Assembly (NCBI GenBank): GCA_018240295.1
Contig: JAFEGB010000326.1
Location: 94-64,093, forward strand
Origin: Pseudomonadota bacterium
GTDB taxonomy: Bacteria > Pseudomonadota > Gammaproteobacteria > Competibacterales > Competibacteraceae
Length of the DNA stretch: 64,000 nt
Direction of reading: 5' to 3'
Each line of letters opens with the position of its first letter. Position 1 is the stretch's first letter. A program made the position numbers and the translations under genes. The notes beneath the pieces were generated by a model. The model saw nothing but the letters and a program-made list of their open reading frames with translations. It was not told where the DNA came from and made no database searches. Positions 26,493-36,300 of the stretch are shown here, one piece after another.

Positions 26493-26578
26493 TACGGATC
26501 CAGCGGCCCGCAAGCGATATCGGCTGGCGTTTGGGTACGGCACGAAGAAGGCTGGATTGCAGTCGATGTTTGCCAGAC

Positions 26579-26602
26579 ACCGCCCTTCGGGGCGGTTTTT
26601 TT
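26579..26602 (+). terminator. Rho-independent terminator
   Basis: accgccc-ttcg-gggcggt stem-loop followed by 7 T, about 90 nt after the PEP-CTERM gene stop. Confidence 0.85.
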
Positions 26603-26645
26603 ATGGGGCCCGGTTCCGGAGTTCAAGGGCGGCGCATTCGCAAAA

Positions 26646-26670
26646 TGCAAATCCTGACGGGGAATTTGCA
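26646..26670. promoter_or_regulatory. Inverted repeat TGCAAAT-N11-ATTTGCA
   Basis: Read directly. It is embedded in a cluster of AATGCA hexamers at 26644, 26672, 26694, 26700 and 26801, in the 615-bp spacer between convergent genes. Confidence 0.35.
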
Positions 26671-27107
26671 GAATGCACGTCAGTGGAAGCCGAAATGCAA
26701 ATGCAGCAAAGGTCGATGCCCATTTTTGTCCGGAAGCCGGTGTGTAAAATAATCTGACTGTCCCGCCTGGCGTAATGGATGTCCGGCATGCGCAATCGCG
26801 AATGCAATATCCGGGTGGCCGACGTGATGCTGGCGAATGTCCGGCAGCCGTCATTCCCGGCCGTGAATAACGGCGGGCCGGATTCGCCGCCACCGCAAGA
26901 GGCGGCGTGTCAGAAAATTGAACACCGCCGCCGGTGACCGGAACAGGAAAGCTTGCGGTTTGCAGATGGCCGCCGGCGGACCGCAGGGTCCATGGGGCCG
27001 GGCGCCGGGTCACCGGCGAGGGACGGCGGGCATGCGCCGGGCTGCGCCCGCACCGGCTTCGAACGCCGGCTGCTTGCGCAGCGCGGGATCGAAGCCGGCG
27101 GGCAGCG

Positions 27108-29906
27108 TCAGCGGGGCAGGGCGGTGAGCAGTTGCCGGGCTTCCCGGGCGCCGTCGAAGCCGGTGCCGGTCGCCAGCGCCTGTTCGAGCGGCCGGCGCGC
27201 TTCGGCCGGGCGGCCGAGGCGGTGCAGCGTATAGCCGAGGTGCCAGAGCAGTTCCGGGTTGAGCGGGTCGCGCGCCAGCGCCGCCTGCAACTGCTGCAGA
27301 CCCTCCGCCACCTGACCCTGCTGCACCAGAATCCAGCCCAGCGTATCGAGCACGGCCGGGTGACCGGGGGCGGCGGCCAGCGCGCGCCGGGCCGTGGCCA
27401 GCGCGCGGACATCGCGGGTGCGCAGGTACAGCAGCGCGAGGTTGTTGAGGATCATCGCGTCGCCGGGGCGGGCGGCGGCGAGGGCTTCGTACAGGCCGAG
27501 CGCCTTCTGCCACTCGCCGGCCTGCGGCCAGGCGATCGCCAGTGCCGCACGCGCGTCCGGATCGGCCGGATGCTGCCCTGCCCAGGCTTCGAGCGCCGGC
27601 AGGCCGCGGGCCGGCGCGCCGGCGGCGGCGTGGGCACGCCAGATCGCGACTGCATAGGCGCTGCGCGGATGGCGGGCATGGCCGGCCTCGTAGACGCCGG
27701 CCGCCTCGCCCGCCTGTCCGCGTGCCATCAGGATCTCGCCGAGCAGTCCCCAGGCATCGGCCGGCGGTTCGGGCTGCGCGAGCAGGGTGCGGGCCGTGGC
27801 TTCGGCCGCGGCCACCTGCCCGGCCGAGACCTGGGCTTCGGCCAGCGCCTTCAGCGTGTCCGGCTGTCCGGGGTCGATGCGCCGCGCGCGTTCGAGCGTG
27901 TCAACGGCATCCTGCGCCGCACCGGACAGCAGTTGGTGGCGGGCGGCGCGCAGCAGCCGCGGCAGGTTCTCGCCGGCGGCCTCGCCGAGCTGGCGGAAGC
28001 TCTGGCGGGCCGCCGCAGTCTGCTGCAGCGCGAGCTGGCTCATGCCGAGGGCGGCGAGCGCATCGAAACTGCCGGGGTCGATCGCGACCGCTTCGCTCGC
28101 GACCGTCTGGGCGAGCAGCGGCTCGCGGTGCTCCAGCCGGTAGCCGGCCAGGGCCAGGCGCGGCTCCAGCCGGCGCGGATCGAGCGTGCGCGCCTGTTCC
28201 CAGGCGCGCACGGCCTCGTCCGTGCGACCGATGCCGAGCAGCAGCCGGCCGAGATCGGTGCGCAGGCCGGCGTCGCGCGGATTGGCGCTGATCAGCTGTT
28301 CGAGGCGGCGGATGCCGTCGGCCGGGCGGCCCTCGACAGCGTCGAGCCGGGCGAGATTGACCGCGGCCATGAGCAGCCCCGGCGCGAGCTGCAACGCGCG
28401 TTCGAAGTCGGCCCGGGCCCCGGCGGTATCGCCGAGCGCGAGTCTTGCGCCGCCGCGCAGGTGCAGCACGACGGCATGATCCGGGGCGCGCACCGCGACG
28501 GCATCGAGCGTGCGCAGCGCCTCGGCCGGCCGGCCGGCGCCGAGCTGCAGGCTGGCGAGCAGCAGGCCGTCGCGGGCTTCGCCGGATTGCGCCCAGGCTG
28601 CGGACAGCGCGGCGAGTGCCGCATCGCCCTGACCGCTCTGCAGGCGGGCCTGGCCGAGCTGCGCGAACAGGGCCGGCTGCTGGCCGCCGAGTTCGATCAG
28701 CCGCTCCAGCAGCGCGGCCGCTGTCGCATGCTGTCCGAGCTGGGTATGGGCATCGGCGAGCAGGGTCAGCAGGCGTACGTCACTGACGGCATGCGGATCG
28801 TCCGGCAGCGGCTGCAGCAGTTCCAGCGCCTGGCGGGGATCGCCGAGGCGCAGCAGCACCGCGGCGAGCAGCCGGCGTGCAGTCTCGTCACCCGGCATGC
28901 GCTCCAGATACTGCGTCAGGTCGCCGCGGGCCTTTTCGGACAGGCCGAGCGCCTCGTGCACGGTGCCGGACAATTTCAGCAGCGAGGGCGAGCGCAGCAG
29001 CGTCTCGCGCGGGATGGCCTTCAGCAGCAGCGAGGCATCGGTCAGGCGTGCGCGTGCCGTTTCCGGGTCCTGGCGCGCGCGGGCCAGTTCGGCGGCGAGC
29101 AGCAGCGTGCGCACATCGGCCGGATTCTGCCGGCGCAGGCGATCGAGCACCGGCTGCGCCTCGTCGGCACGCCCGAGCGCGATCAGGGCGCTGACGCGCG
29201 CGGCGCGCGCCGGCAGGCAGAGTTCATCCAGTTTCAGGGCGGTGTCGGCGGCGGCGAGGGCCTCGGTGGCATGCCCGGCAGCGAGTTCGGCGGCGGCGAG
29301 CGCGGTCCAGGCTTCGGTCGAGCGCGGATCGAGGCCGGTGGCGCGCTGGGCGGCGCTGCGCGCGAGCGCGGCATCCTGCTGCTGCAGGGCCAGCATCGAC
29401 AGGCCGATGTCACCGTCCGGCGCCTGCGGTGCGGCCTCGCGGGCAGCGGTGAACGACAGGGCAGCCTCTTCCATCAGGCCGAGTTCGAGTCGCGCCTCAC
29501 CGCGCAGGCGCAGCATGCGCGCGCGCGCGGCGCCGGTATGGCGGTACGGATCGAAGCCGTCGAGGACGGCCTGGAACTCTCCCTGGCGCAGCTTCAGGTA
29601 CATGCGCAGCGGATCGATGTCGGCGCGCTCGGCTCCGAGGCGCAGCGCCCCCTGCAGGGTGCTTTCCGCGAGTTCGAACCGCCCCTGGCGCAGATAGGTG
29701 TGACCGAGCGCAACCTGGGCCGGAGCGAGGTCCGGGCGCTGCTGCAAGGCATTCTTCAGATGGATTTCGGCCCCGGCGTAATCGTTGCGGTCGAGGCTCT
29801 GCAGGCCGGCGTGCAGTTCTTCGGTGGCGGTGCCGGCGACGGCCGGCGGACCGCCCAAGGCGAAGACCAGCGCCAGCGCCAGCGGCTGGAGGCGGGAGCG
29901 GTTCAT
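27108..29906 (-). CDS. prsT: Large TPR-repeat protein, PrsT-like (PEP-CTERM system associated)
   Basis: Track ORF 27108..29939(-) trimmed to the ATG at 29906 (AGGAAA Shine-Dalgarno). Signal peptide MNRSRLQPLALALVFALGGPPAVAG. About 930 aa of consecutive TPR-like A/L/G-rich repeats. Flanked by PEP-CTERM genes. Confidence 0.7.
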   Translation of the reverse strand: MNRSRLQPLALALVFALGGPPAVAGTATEELHAGLQSLDRNDYAGAEIHLKNALQQRPDLAPAQVALGHTYLRQGRFELAESTLQGALRLGAERADIDPLRMYLKLRQGEFQAVLDGFDPYRHTGAARARMLRLRGEARLELGLMEEAALSFTAAREAAPQAPDGDIGLSMLALQQQDAALARSAAQRATGLDPRSTEAWTALAAAELAAGHATEALAAADTALKLDELCLPARAARVSALIALGRADEAQPVLDRLRRQNPADVRTLLLAAELARARQDPETARARLTDASLLLKAIPRETLLRSPSLLKLSGTVHEALGLSEKARGDLTQYLERMPGDETARRLLAAVLLRLGDPRQALELLQPLPDDPHAVSDVRLLTLLADAHTQLGQHATAAALLERLIELGGQQPALFAQLGQARLQSGQGDAALAALSAAWAQSGEARDGLLLASLQLGAGRPAEALRTLDAVAVRAPDHAVVLHLRGGARLALGDTAGARADFERALQLAPGLLMAAVNLARLDAVEGRPADGIRRLEQLISANPRDAGLRTDLGRLLLGIGRTDEAVRAWEQARTLDPRRLEPRLALAGYRLEHREPLLAQTVASEAVAIDPGSFDALAALGMSQLALQQTAAARQSFRQLGEAAGENLPRLLRAARHQLLSGAAQDAVDTLERARRIDPGQPDTLKALAEAQVSAGQVAAAEATARTLLAQPEPPADAWGLLGEILMARGQAGEAAGVYEAGHARHPRSAYAVAIWRAHAAAGAPARGLPALEAWAGQHPADPDARAALAIAWPQAGEWQKALGLYEALAAARPGDAMILNNLALLYLRTRDVRALATARRALAAAPGHPAVLDTLGWILVQQGQVAEGLQQLQAALARDPLNPELLWHLGYTLHRLGRPAEARRPLEQALATGTGFDGAREARQLLTALPR

Positions 29907-29996
29907 CGGCAGTTTCCTGGCACGGATGGCAGCGGACACCCCCTGGCCCGCAAGGCGGGCGAGGGGGGCGGGCAGCGACGGGGAGCGCGCAGGCGC

Positions 29997-31082
29997 TCAG
30001 CGACGCCGGCGGCGCATCAGCCAGGGCAGCGTCAGTCCGAGCAGCGCGAGGCTGGCCGGTTCCGGGACGGAGGTCACGCTGTTGGAGCTGGCGATGAAGA
30101 TCTGCTCGTAACCGTTGTTCAGGGCCGACATGCGGAAGTCGAACTGCATCACGTCGTAGAGACCATTGGCGATCGCGGTGTTGAGTTCGGGCGAATACAG
30201 CATGTAGGCGGCCTGGTTGGCGCCGAGGTTGTGGTTGAAGGTCTGGTCGGCATCGGGCACGCAGCCCGGGATCTGGTAGCCGAAGATGCTGCGGCAGGTG
30301 TCGGAACTCGGGATCGTGACCTGACCGCCGGAGAGGATGTAGTAGAAGTCGGTCGTGGTGATGCTGGCCGGAGCGGCGTTGAGGGCCGGGGTGTCCCCGG
30401 CGCCGTGCGTGTAGCCCAGCGTCTCGGCGCCGGTCAGCGAAGGATTGCCGCCGGCACCGCGGTTGTTGGTCAGGTCGAAGACCAGATCCGGCGCGACGCC
30501 GGCATCGTCCTTCAGCGTGAACTGACCCCAGGCCATCAGGTTCTGGTTGGTGGCCGCGCCGGAATTGACCTGGTTGTTGTTGAAGAAGAACAGCAGGTCA
30601 CCGCCGTTCAGGAAGCTGGTCAGCGCCGAGACGCGCGCATCCCAGGTGTTTTCGCCGTCACCGACGAACTCGGTGGTGTGATTCGCCGGATTGCCGTTGT
30701 CACCCGGGTCATCGACACCGCCCGGAGCCGAGGTCGTGGTCTGGAACTGGTCAACGCCGGTGTTGTTCGGCGTCTGGTAGGCATTGTCGACGCCGCTGTA
30801 ATTCGTATTGACCGGCTGGCCGTTCGCGCCGGTGCCGATGACGGTCAGATCGGAAATCTGTCCGGGGCCGGAGGCGATGTAGAACGGATTGCCGGGGCCG
30901 ACGCCACCTCCGAATTCGCGCGCATAACGATATGCGAGGATCGGCAGCGAGTACGAATAGAAGTCGCCGTACTGGAAGGCGTTGAACTGCGGGGTCGGCA
31001 GGAAGAAGGCGGCCTGGGTCGTCGGAACGCCGCCGATCAGACAGGCCGCTCCGATTGAGGCTGCCAGCATGCGCTGGTTCAT
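29997..31082 (-). CDS. PEP-CTERM-anchored secreted protein (exosortase substrate)
   Basis: Track ORF 29997..31091(-). The ATG at 31082 follows GAGGTGA; GTG 31091 is the alternative. Signal peptide MNQRMLAASIGAACLIGGVPTTQA. C-terminal VPEPASLALLGLTLPWLMRRRRR. Confidence 0.85.
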   Translation of the reverse strand: MNQRMLAASIGAACLIGGVPTTQAAFFLPTPQFNAFQYGDFYSYSLPILAYRYAREFGGGVGPGNPFYIASGPGQISDLTVIGTGANGQPVNTNYSGVDNAYQTPNNTGVDQFQTTTSAPGGVDDPGDNGNPANHTTEFVGDGENTWDARVSALTSFLNGGDLLFFFNNNQVNSGAATNQNLMAWGQFTLKDDAGVAPDLVFDLTNNRGAGGNPSLTGAETLGYTHGAGDTPALNAAPASITTTDFYYILSGGQVTIPSSDTCRSIFGYQIPGCVPDADQTFNHNLGANQAAYMLYSPELNTAIANGLYDVMQFDFRMSALNNGYEQIFIASSNSVTSVPEPASLALLGLTLPWLMRRRRR

Positions 31083-31231
31083 GTTGCTCACCTCATGTGC
31101 ATGGGTTTTGCGCAGATTTCTTATGTGCTGCGATACATGGCTTTCACCTCCGGTGTGTGAATCGGCTGGCCGGCCCTGACCTGGCGCACGCGGGTTCTCG
31201 TGCTGCGCCAGTGATCCCGAATGTTAAATAC

Positions 31232-31247
31232 AGCAAGTTATGTGCCG
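31232..31247 (-). promoter_or_regulatory. Candidate sigma-54 promoter (cGGCAC-N5-TTGCT) upstream of the second PEP-CTERM gene
   Basis: The minus strand reads CGGCACATAACTTGCT with canonical -24/-12 spacing, about 150 nt upstream of the ATG at 31082. Confidence 0.5.
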
Positions 31248-31411
31248 TAAGCTTGCTTACATGAAAAAACAATGGGTTTGGTCTGACCGGTGGGCAAATT
31301 CGGTCGCACATCTGATAAAAATCCTGACAGACCCCGGTCCACGACCACGGTCGGGGGCGGCGGCACCTTGCTTATACTGATCGGCCCCGAGCTGCCGACG
31401 TGCCGACCGCC

Positions 31412-32428
31412 ATGCCCTATCGCCTGCTGCGCCCGCTGCTGTTCCGGCTCGATGCCGAACGTGCCCACGACCTGACACTGGCCGCGCTCGGGCGCATCGG
31501 GCCGGCGGCGGGACTGATGACACGCGCGGTGCCGCGCCGGCCGCGCGTGGTCATGGGCATCGAGTTTCCGAATCCGGTCGGTCTGGCTGCCGGCCTCGAC
31601 AAGGACGGCTCGGCGATCCGCGGGCTGGCGGCCCTCGGGTTCGGCTGCCTGGAGATCGGTACGGTCACGCCGCGCCCGCAGGCCGGCAATCCGCGCCCGC
31701 GGCTGTTCCGGCTGCCCGAGGCGCAGGCGCTGATCAACCGCTACGGCTTCAACAACGGCGGCGTCACGGCGCTGGTCAACCGGGTCATGGCGGCACGCGC
31801 GGCCGGCTTTCGCGGCGTGCTCGGCATCAACATCGGCAAGAACAAGGACACGCCGAACGAGCGCGCCAGCGACGACTACCTGCTCTGCCTGCAGCAGGTC
31901 TACGCGCACGCCGATTACGTGGCCGTCAACATTTCCTCGCCGAACACGCCGGGCCTGCGCGACCTGCAGTACGGCGAGGCGCTCGACCGGCTGCTCGACG
32001 AACTCAAGGAGGCGCAGACCCGCCTCGCCGACCATCACGGCCGCTATGTGCCGCTGGCGCTGAAGATCGCGCCGGATGTGGCGGATGCCGACCTGCCGGT
32101 GATCGCTGCGGCGCTGGTGCGGGCACGTCTGGATGCGGTGATCGCGACCAACACGACCTTCTCGCGTGCCGGCGTCGAGCACCTGCGCCACGCCGGCGAG
32201 ACCGGCGGGCTGTCAGGGGCGCCGCTGCGCGAGCGTTCGACGGCGGTGATCGCCGGCCTGGCGAAGGCGCTCGATGGCGCGCTGCCGGTCATCGGCGTCG
32301 GCGGCATCCTGAGCGGCGATGACGCCCGGGCCAAGATCGAGGCCGGGGCCAGTCTGGTGCAGCTGTACTCGGGCTTCATCTACCGCGGACCGGCGCTGAT
32401 CCGCGAGGCGGTCGAGGCGATCGGCTGA
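31412..32428 (+). CDS. pyrD: Quinone-dependent dihydroorotate dehydrogenase (class 2)
   Basis: Track ORF 31400..32428(+); the ATG at 31412 gives [19 protein letters not shown]. Motifs: [39 protein letters not shown]. Confidence 0.95.
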   Translation: MPYRLLRPLLFRLDAERAHDLTLAALGRIGPAAGLMTRAVPRRPRVVMGIEFPNPVGLAAGLDKDGSAIRGLAALGFGCLEIGTVTPRPQAGNPRPRLFRLPEAQALINRYGFNNGGVTALVNRVMAARAAGFRGVLGINIGKNKDTPNERASDDYLLCLQQVYAHADYVAVNISSPNTPGLRDLQYGEALDRLLDELKEAQTRLADHHGRYVPLALKIAPDVADADLPVIAAALVRARLDAVIATNTTFSRAGVEHLRHAGETGGLSGAPLRERSTAVIAGLAKALDGALPVIGVGGILSGDDARAKIEAGASLVQLYSGFIYRGPALIREAVEAIG

Positions 32429-32459
32429 CGCCCGCGCCTGAGCCTGGGGCTGCCCGGGC

Positions 32460-33104
32460 TCAGGGATCGTCGGCGCTCGGCACCCAGCCGCCGAGATCCT
32501 TCCAGCGGTTGACGATGTTGCAGAAGAGTTCCGCCGTGCGCTCGGCGTCGTAGACGGCCGAGTGCGCCTCGCGCGCATCCCAGGCGATGCCGGCGGCCTG
32601 CGCGGCACGGGCGAGCACGGTCTGGCCGTAGGCGAGACCGGCGAGCGTCACGGTGTCGAAGGTCGAGAACGGGTGGAAGGGATTGCGCTTCACGTCGCAG
32701 CGCTCGGCCGCCGCGTTCAGGAAGCCGAGATCGAACGCGGGGTTGTGCGCGACCATGATCGCGCGCGTGCAGCCGGTCTCGCGCACCTCGCGGCGCACCT
32801 CGCGCAGCACGTTGCCGAGTGCTTCGGCCTCGGGCAGCGCCAGCCGGAACGGGTGGAAGGGGTCGATGCCGTTGACCTTCAGCGAGGCCGGATCGAGGTT
32901 GGCGCCCGCAAACGGCTCGACGTGATGCGCGATCGTGCGTGCCGGATACAGGCGGCCGTCGCTGCCGAGGCGCAGCAGCACCGCGGCGATTTCGAGCAGC
33001 GCATCGGTGCGGGCATTGAAGCCGCCGGTCTCGATATCGACGACGACGGGCAGAAAACCACGGAAGCGGAAGGCGATCGGGGACTTGCGGACGGAATCGT
33101 TCAT
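32460..33104 (-). CDS. rnt: Ribonuclease T
   Basis: C-terminal 214 codons of track ORF 32460..38183(-), from the ATG at 33104 ([30 protein letters not shown]). DEDDh exonuclease motifs (DIETGG, AHNPAFD, HSAVYDA). Confidence 0.9.
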   Translation of the reverse strand: MNDSVRKSPIAFRFRGFLPVVVDIETGGFNARTDALLEIAAVLLRLGSDGRLYPARTIAHHVEPFAGANLDPASLKVNGIDPFHPFRLALPEAEALGNVLREVRREVRETGCTRAIMVAHNPAFDLGFLNAAAERCDVKRNPFHPFSTFDTVTLAGLAYGQTVLARAAQAAGIAWDAREAHSAVYDAERTAELFCNIVNRWKDLGGWVPSADDP

Positions 33105-33305
33105 GGCCCGAGCATACCCGAGGCGCCTGCGCTTGGGCATCGCGCCCGCCGCGGTGCGCCGCCGGTCACAAGGCGCTACAGTCGCGCCTGCCTTCCCGTC
33201 CCAGACCCCGCACCGAACGGAGTGTTGCCGATGCCGTACGCGTCCGCCGAACAGGATGTCCTGCCGCTGCGTCCGGCCGACGGCAGCGGCAGCGGGGCCT
33301 GAGCG

Positions 33306-36300
33306 ATGCTGCGCCGCCGCTTTTTCCGCAATCCCGTCTTCGCGAATCTGGCCCTGCTGCTCGCGCTGCTCGCCGGTGTGCTGTCCTGGTGGCAGATGCC
33401 GCGCGAGCAGACCGCACGACCGTCCGCGGCGGCCGTCGAGATCGTCACGGCCGCACCGGGACTCGCGACCGCCGAGATCGAGACCCGCGTCACCGCGGTG
33501 CTCGAAGCCGCGATCAAGCCGATCGCCGATCTCGACTTCATCGCCAGCACCAGCCGCGTCGGCGAATCGCGCCTGACCGTGCGCCTGCGGGCGGTCAGCG
33601 AGGCGACCTTCGAGCGCCGGCTGAACGAGCTGCGCTGGATCGTGCAGCACGTCGAGCGACAGCTGCCGTCGCTGGCCGGCCGTCCGGAGATCGCGAGCGT
33701 GCATGGCGCCGGCGTGCTGCCGAGCGCCGACGTGCTGGTGCTGGCCCGGGCCCCCGATGCGCCGGCGCCGTACGCGGCGGCCGAGCGGCTGGCGCAGTCC
33801 TTCGAGCGGCTGATGGATGTCGAGCGCGTCGAGCGCTACGGCACGCGCGCCACGCGCGTCGAGATCCGCTTCGATCCGGAGCGTGTCGCCCGTCACGGCC
33901 TGACGCCGGCGCGGCTGGCCGAACTGGTCGGGGCGCAGCTGCGCGAGCAGGCGGTCGGTCGCGTCGACTTCGACGAGCGGCCGATGCAGCTGCTGGTCGA
34001 AGGCGCCGACCTGCAGCCCGAGCGCCTCGCGCAGCTGCCGGTTCCGGGTGTCCGCGGCCTGCAGCCGCTCGCGGCGCTGGCCGACATCGAGCGCGGCCCC
34101 GAACCGGCGACGCGCGCGGTGCTGGCCGACGGCCGGCCGGCGGTGCTGCTGTCGGTGTACCGCAAGTCCGACGCCAACGCGCTCGACTTGTCGGCGGCAC
34201 TCGGCGAGCAGGCGGCGCGCTTCGCGGACAGCGATGCCGAGGCCGCCGCGATCGAGCTGCGCGTGCTCGATGCGCGCAGCACCGACACCCGTCGCGCGCT
34301 GCAGGCTTACGAGCGCGGCGCGCTGCCGGCGCTCGCCGCCGCGCTGCTGGTGTTCGCGATCGCCTTCGGCTGGCGCCTGGCGATGCTCGTCGCCTGCGTG
34401 GTGCCGGCGGCCGTCGGTCTGGCGCTGGCGCCGTGGGGATTCTCGGGCGGCGTGCTGACGCCGGTGATGCTGACTGGCGTGCTCGCCGGTTTCGTGCTGC
34501 TGATCGATGCGGCAGTCGCAGTCGGCGAGCGCCTGCAGCACCGGCTGCTGCGCGGTGCCGCGGCGCTCGATGCCGCCTACGGTGCCTGGCGCGAGGCCGG
34601 ACTGCCGCTGATGGTCGCGACGCTGGTGTTCCTGCTGGCGATGCTGCTGCCGATGTGGCTGCCGGAAGGCAGCGGGCCGGCCGGCGCGCTGGCGGCGCGG
34701 GTCATGACCGGCATGCTGGTCGCCGGCATCGCCTACGCGGTGCTGCTGCTGCCCTCGCACGCGGTGGTCACGCGCATCCGCCTGCCGCGCCGCCATCCGG
34801 TGCAGGCCCGGCGCGAATGGCTGGCCTGGCGGCTGCGCCACGCCTACCGGCGGCTGCTGAACTGGACGCTGCGCCGGCCGCTGGTGCCGGGGCTGGTGCT
34901 GGTGCTGCTGCTGCTCGGCGCGCTGGTCGCCCTCGGCAGCGGCCGCGTCGGCGTCGAGTTCGCCGAACGCGGGCAGCTGCGCTCCTTCTACGTGAACCTC
35001 GAACTGTCGCCGGGTGCGAAGCTGGAGGACACCCTCGCCGCCGGGCGTGAGGTCGAGCGCATCGTGCGCGAGCAGCTGCCGGCCGATGCGCTGGCCGAGG
35101 TCGTGATCAGCGCCGGCCTGCGCCGCAGCGAGCGCGAACTGCTGACCGGCGAGCGCCACGGTCAGGTGCTGGTCGGCCTGCGCAGCGGCGACCGCATCCG
35201 CGACGCGCTGACCGTCGAGCAGGGGATCACGCGCGTCAAGCCGCGACTCGCCTTCGTCGGCGGCGTCGACAACCTGAGCGTGCAGGCCGTCGACGACGGC
35301 CGGCCGGTGGCGCGGCCGCTCAGCGTCACCGTGCGCGGCGATGATCCGGCCGAGGTGCGCCGCGCTGCCGACCGCGTCGTCGACATCCTGCGCAGCCTGA
35401 TCGGCGTCACCGATGTGGTCGACGACGAGGATCAGGCCGAGGCCGCGGAGCTGCGCCTGGTGCTGAAACCGGGCGCGCTGCTGCGCGCCGGGCTGTCGGC
35501 GCCGCAGCTGCTGCGCGAGCTGCGCCTGCTCGGCGAGGGCGAGACCATCGCGCAGCTGCGCGAGCAGGGCCGCAACGTCGACGTGCTGCTGCGCGGCAAG
35601 GCTGCGCCCGAACCGTTCTTCGACATCGAGGAATTCCTGGCGCGGCCGGTGCGCCTGCCCGATGGCCGCAGCGCCCCGCTCGGCGAGTTCGCCAGCGCCG
35701 AGCCGGCCAGCGGCCGCAGCGTCGTGCGCCACCAGAACCTGCGCCGTGCGATCAGCATCGAGGCCGACGTCGATCAGGCGCGCGTCAACACCTTCGCGCT
35801 GAACCGCGTGGTCGTCGCCGAATGGGAGCGCACGGCCGCTGCCGGTCTGCCCGGCGTCGAGCTGGTCATCGGCGGCGCCTTCGGCAGCGTCGCCGGTCAC
35901 CTCGGTGCGCTGGTCAGCCTGTTCGCGCTCGGCAGCGGACTCGGTTATCTGGTGCTCGCGACGCGCGCGCACAGCTACCGCCAGCCGCTGGTGATCTTCG
36001 CGGCCGTGCCGTTCGCGGCGCTGGCCTTCGTCGTCGGGCTGGCCGTCAGCGGCCAGCCGGTCGGTCCGTACACCGGCTTTGCCGGCACGGCGCTGCTCGG
36101 CCTGTCGGTGCAGTCGACGCTGCTGCTGGTGTCGGCCGTGCAGCGGCTGCTGCCGATCGAGGGCTCGGTCGCCAGAGCCGTGGCGCTCGCCGCGGCCGAC
36201 CGGGCGCTGCCGGTGCTGGTCTCGGCCCTGGCAAGCGTCGCCGGCCTCGCGGTATTCGCGCTCGGCGTGCCGGTGGCGGCCCCGGCGTGGATGGCGCTCG

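Noticed and set aside
26684-26699. Sigma-54-like string TGGAAG-N5-ATGCA in the convergent spacer.
   Set aside because: The spacing is right but the -24 box is poor (AAG instead of CAC). Nothing credible lies downstream, only a 20-codon ORF. It is kept only as a note inside the spacer finding.
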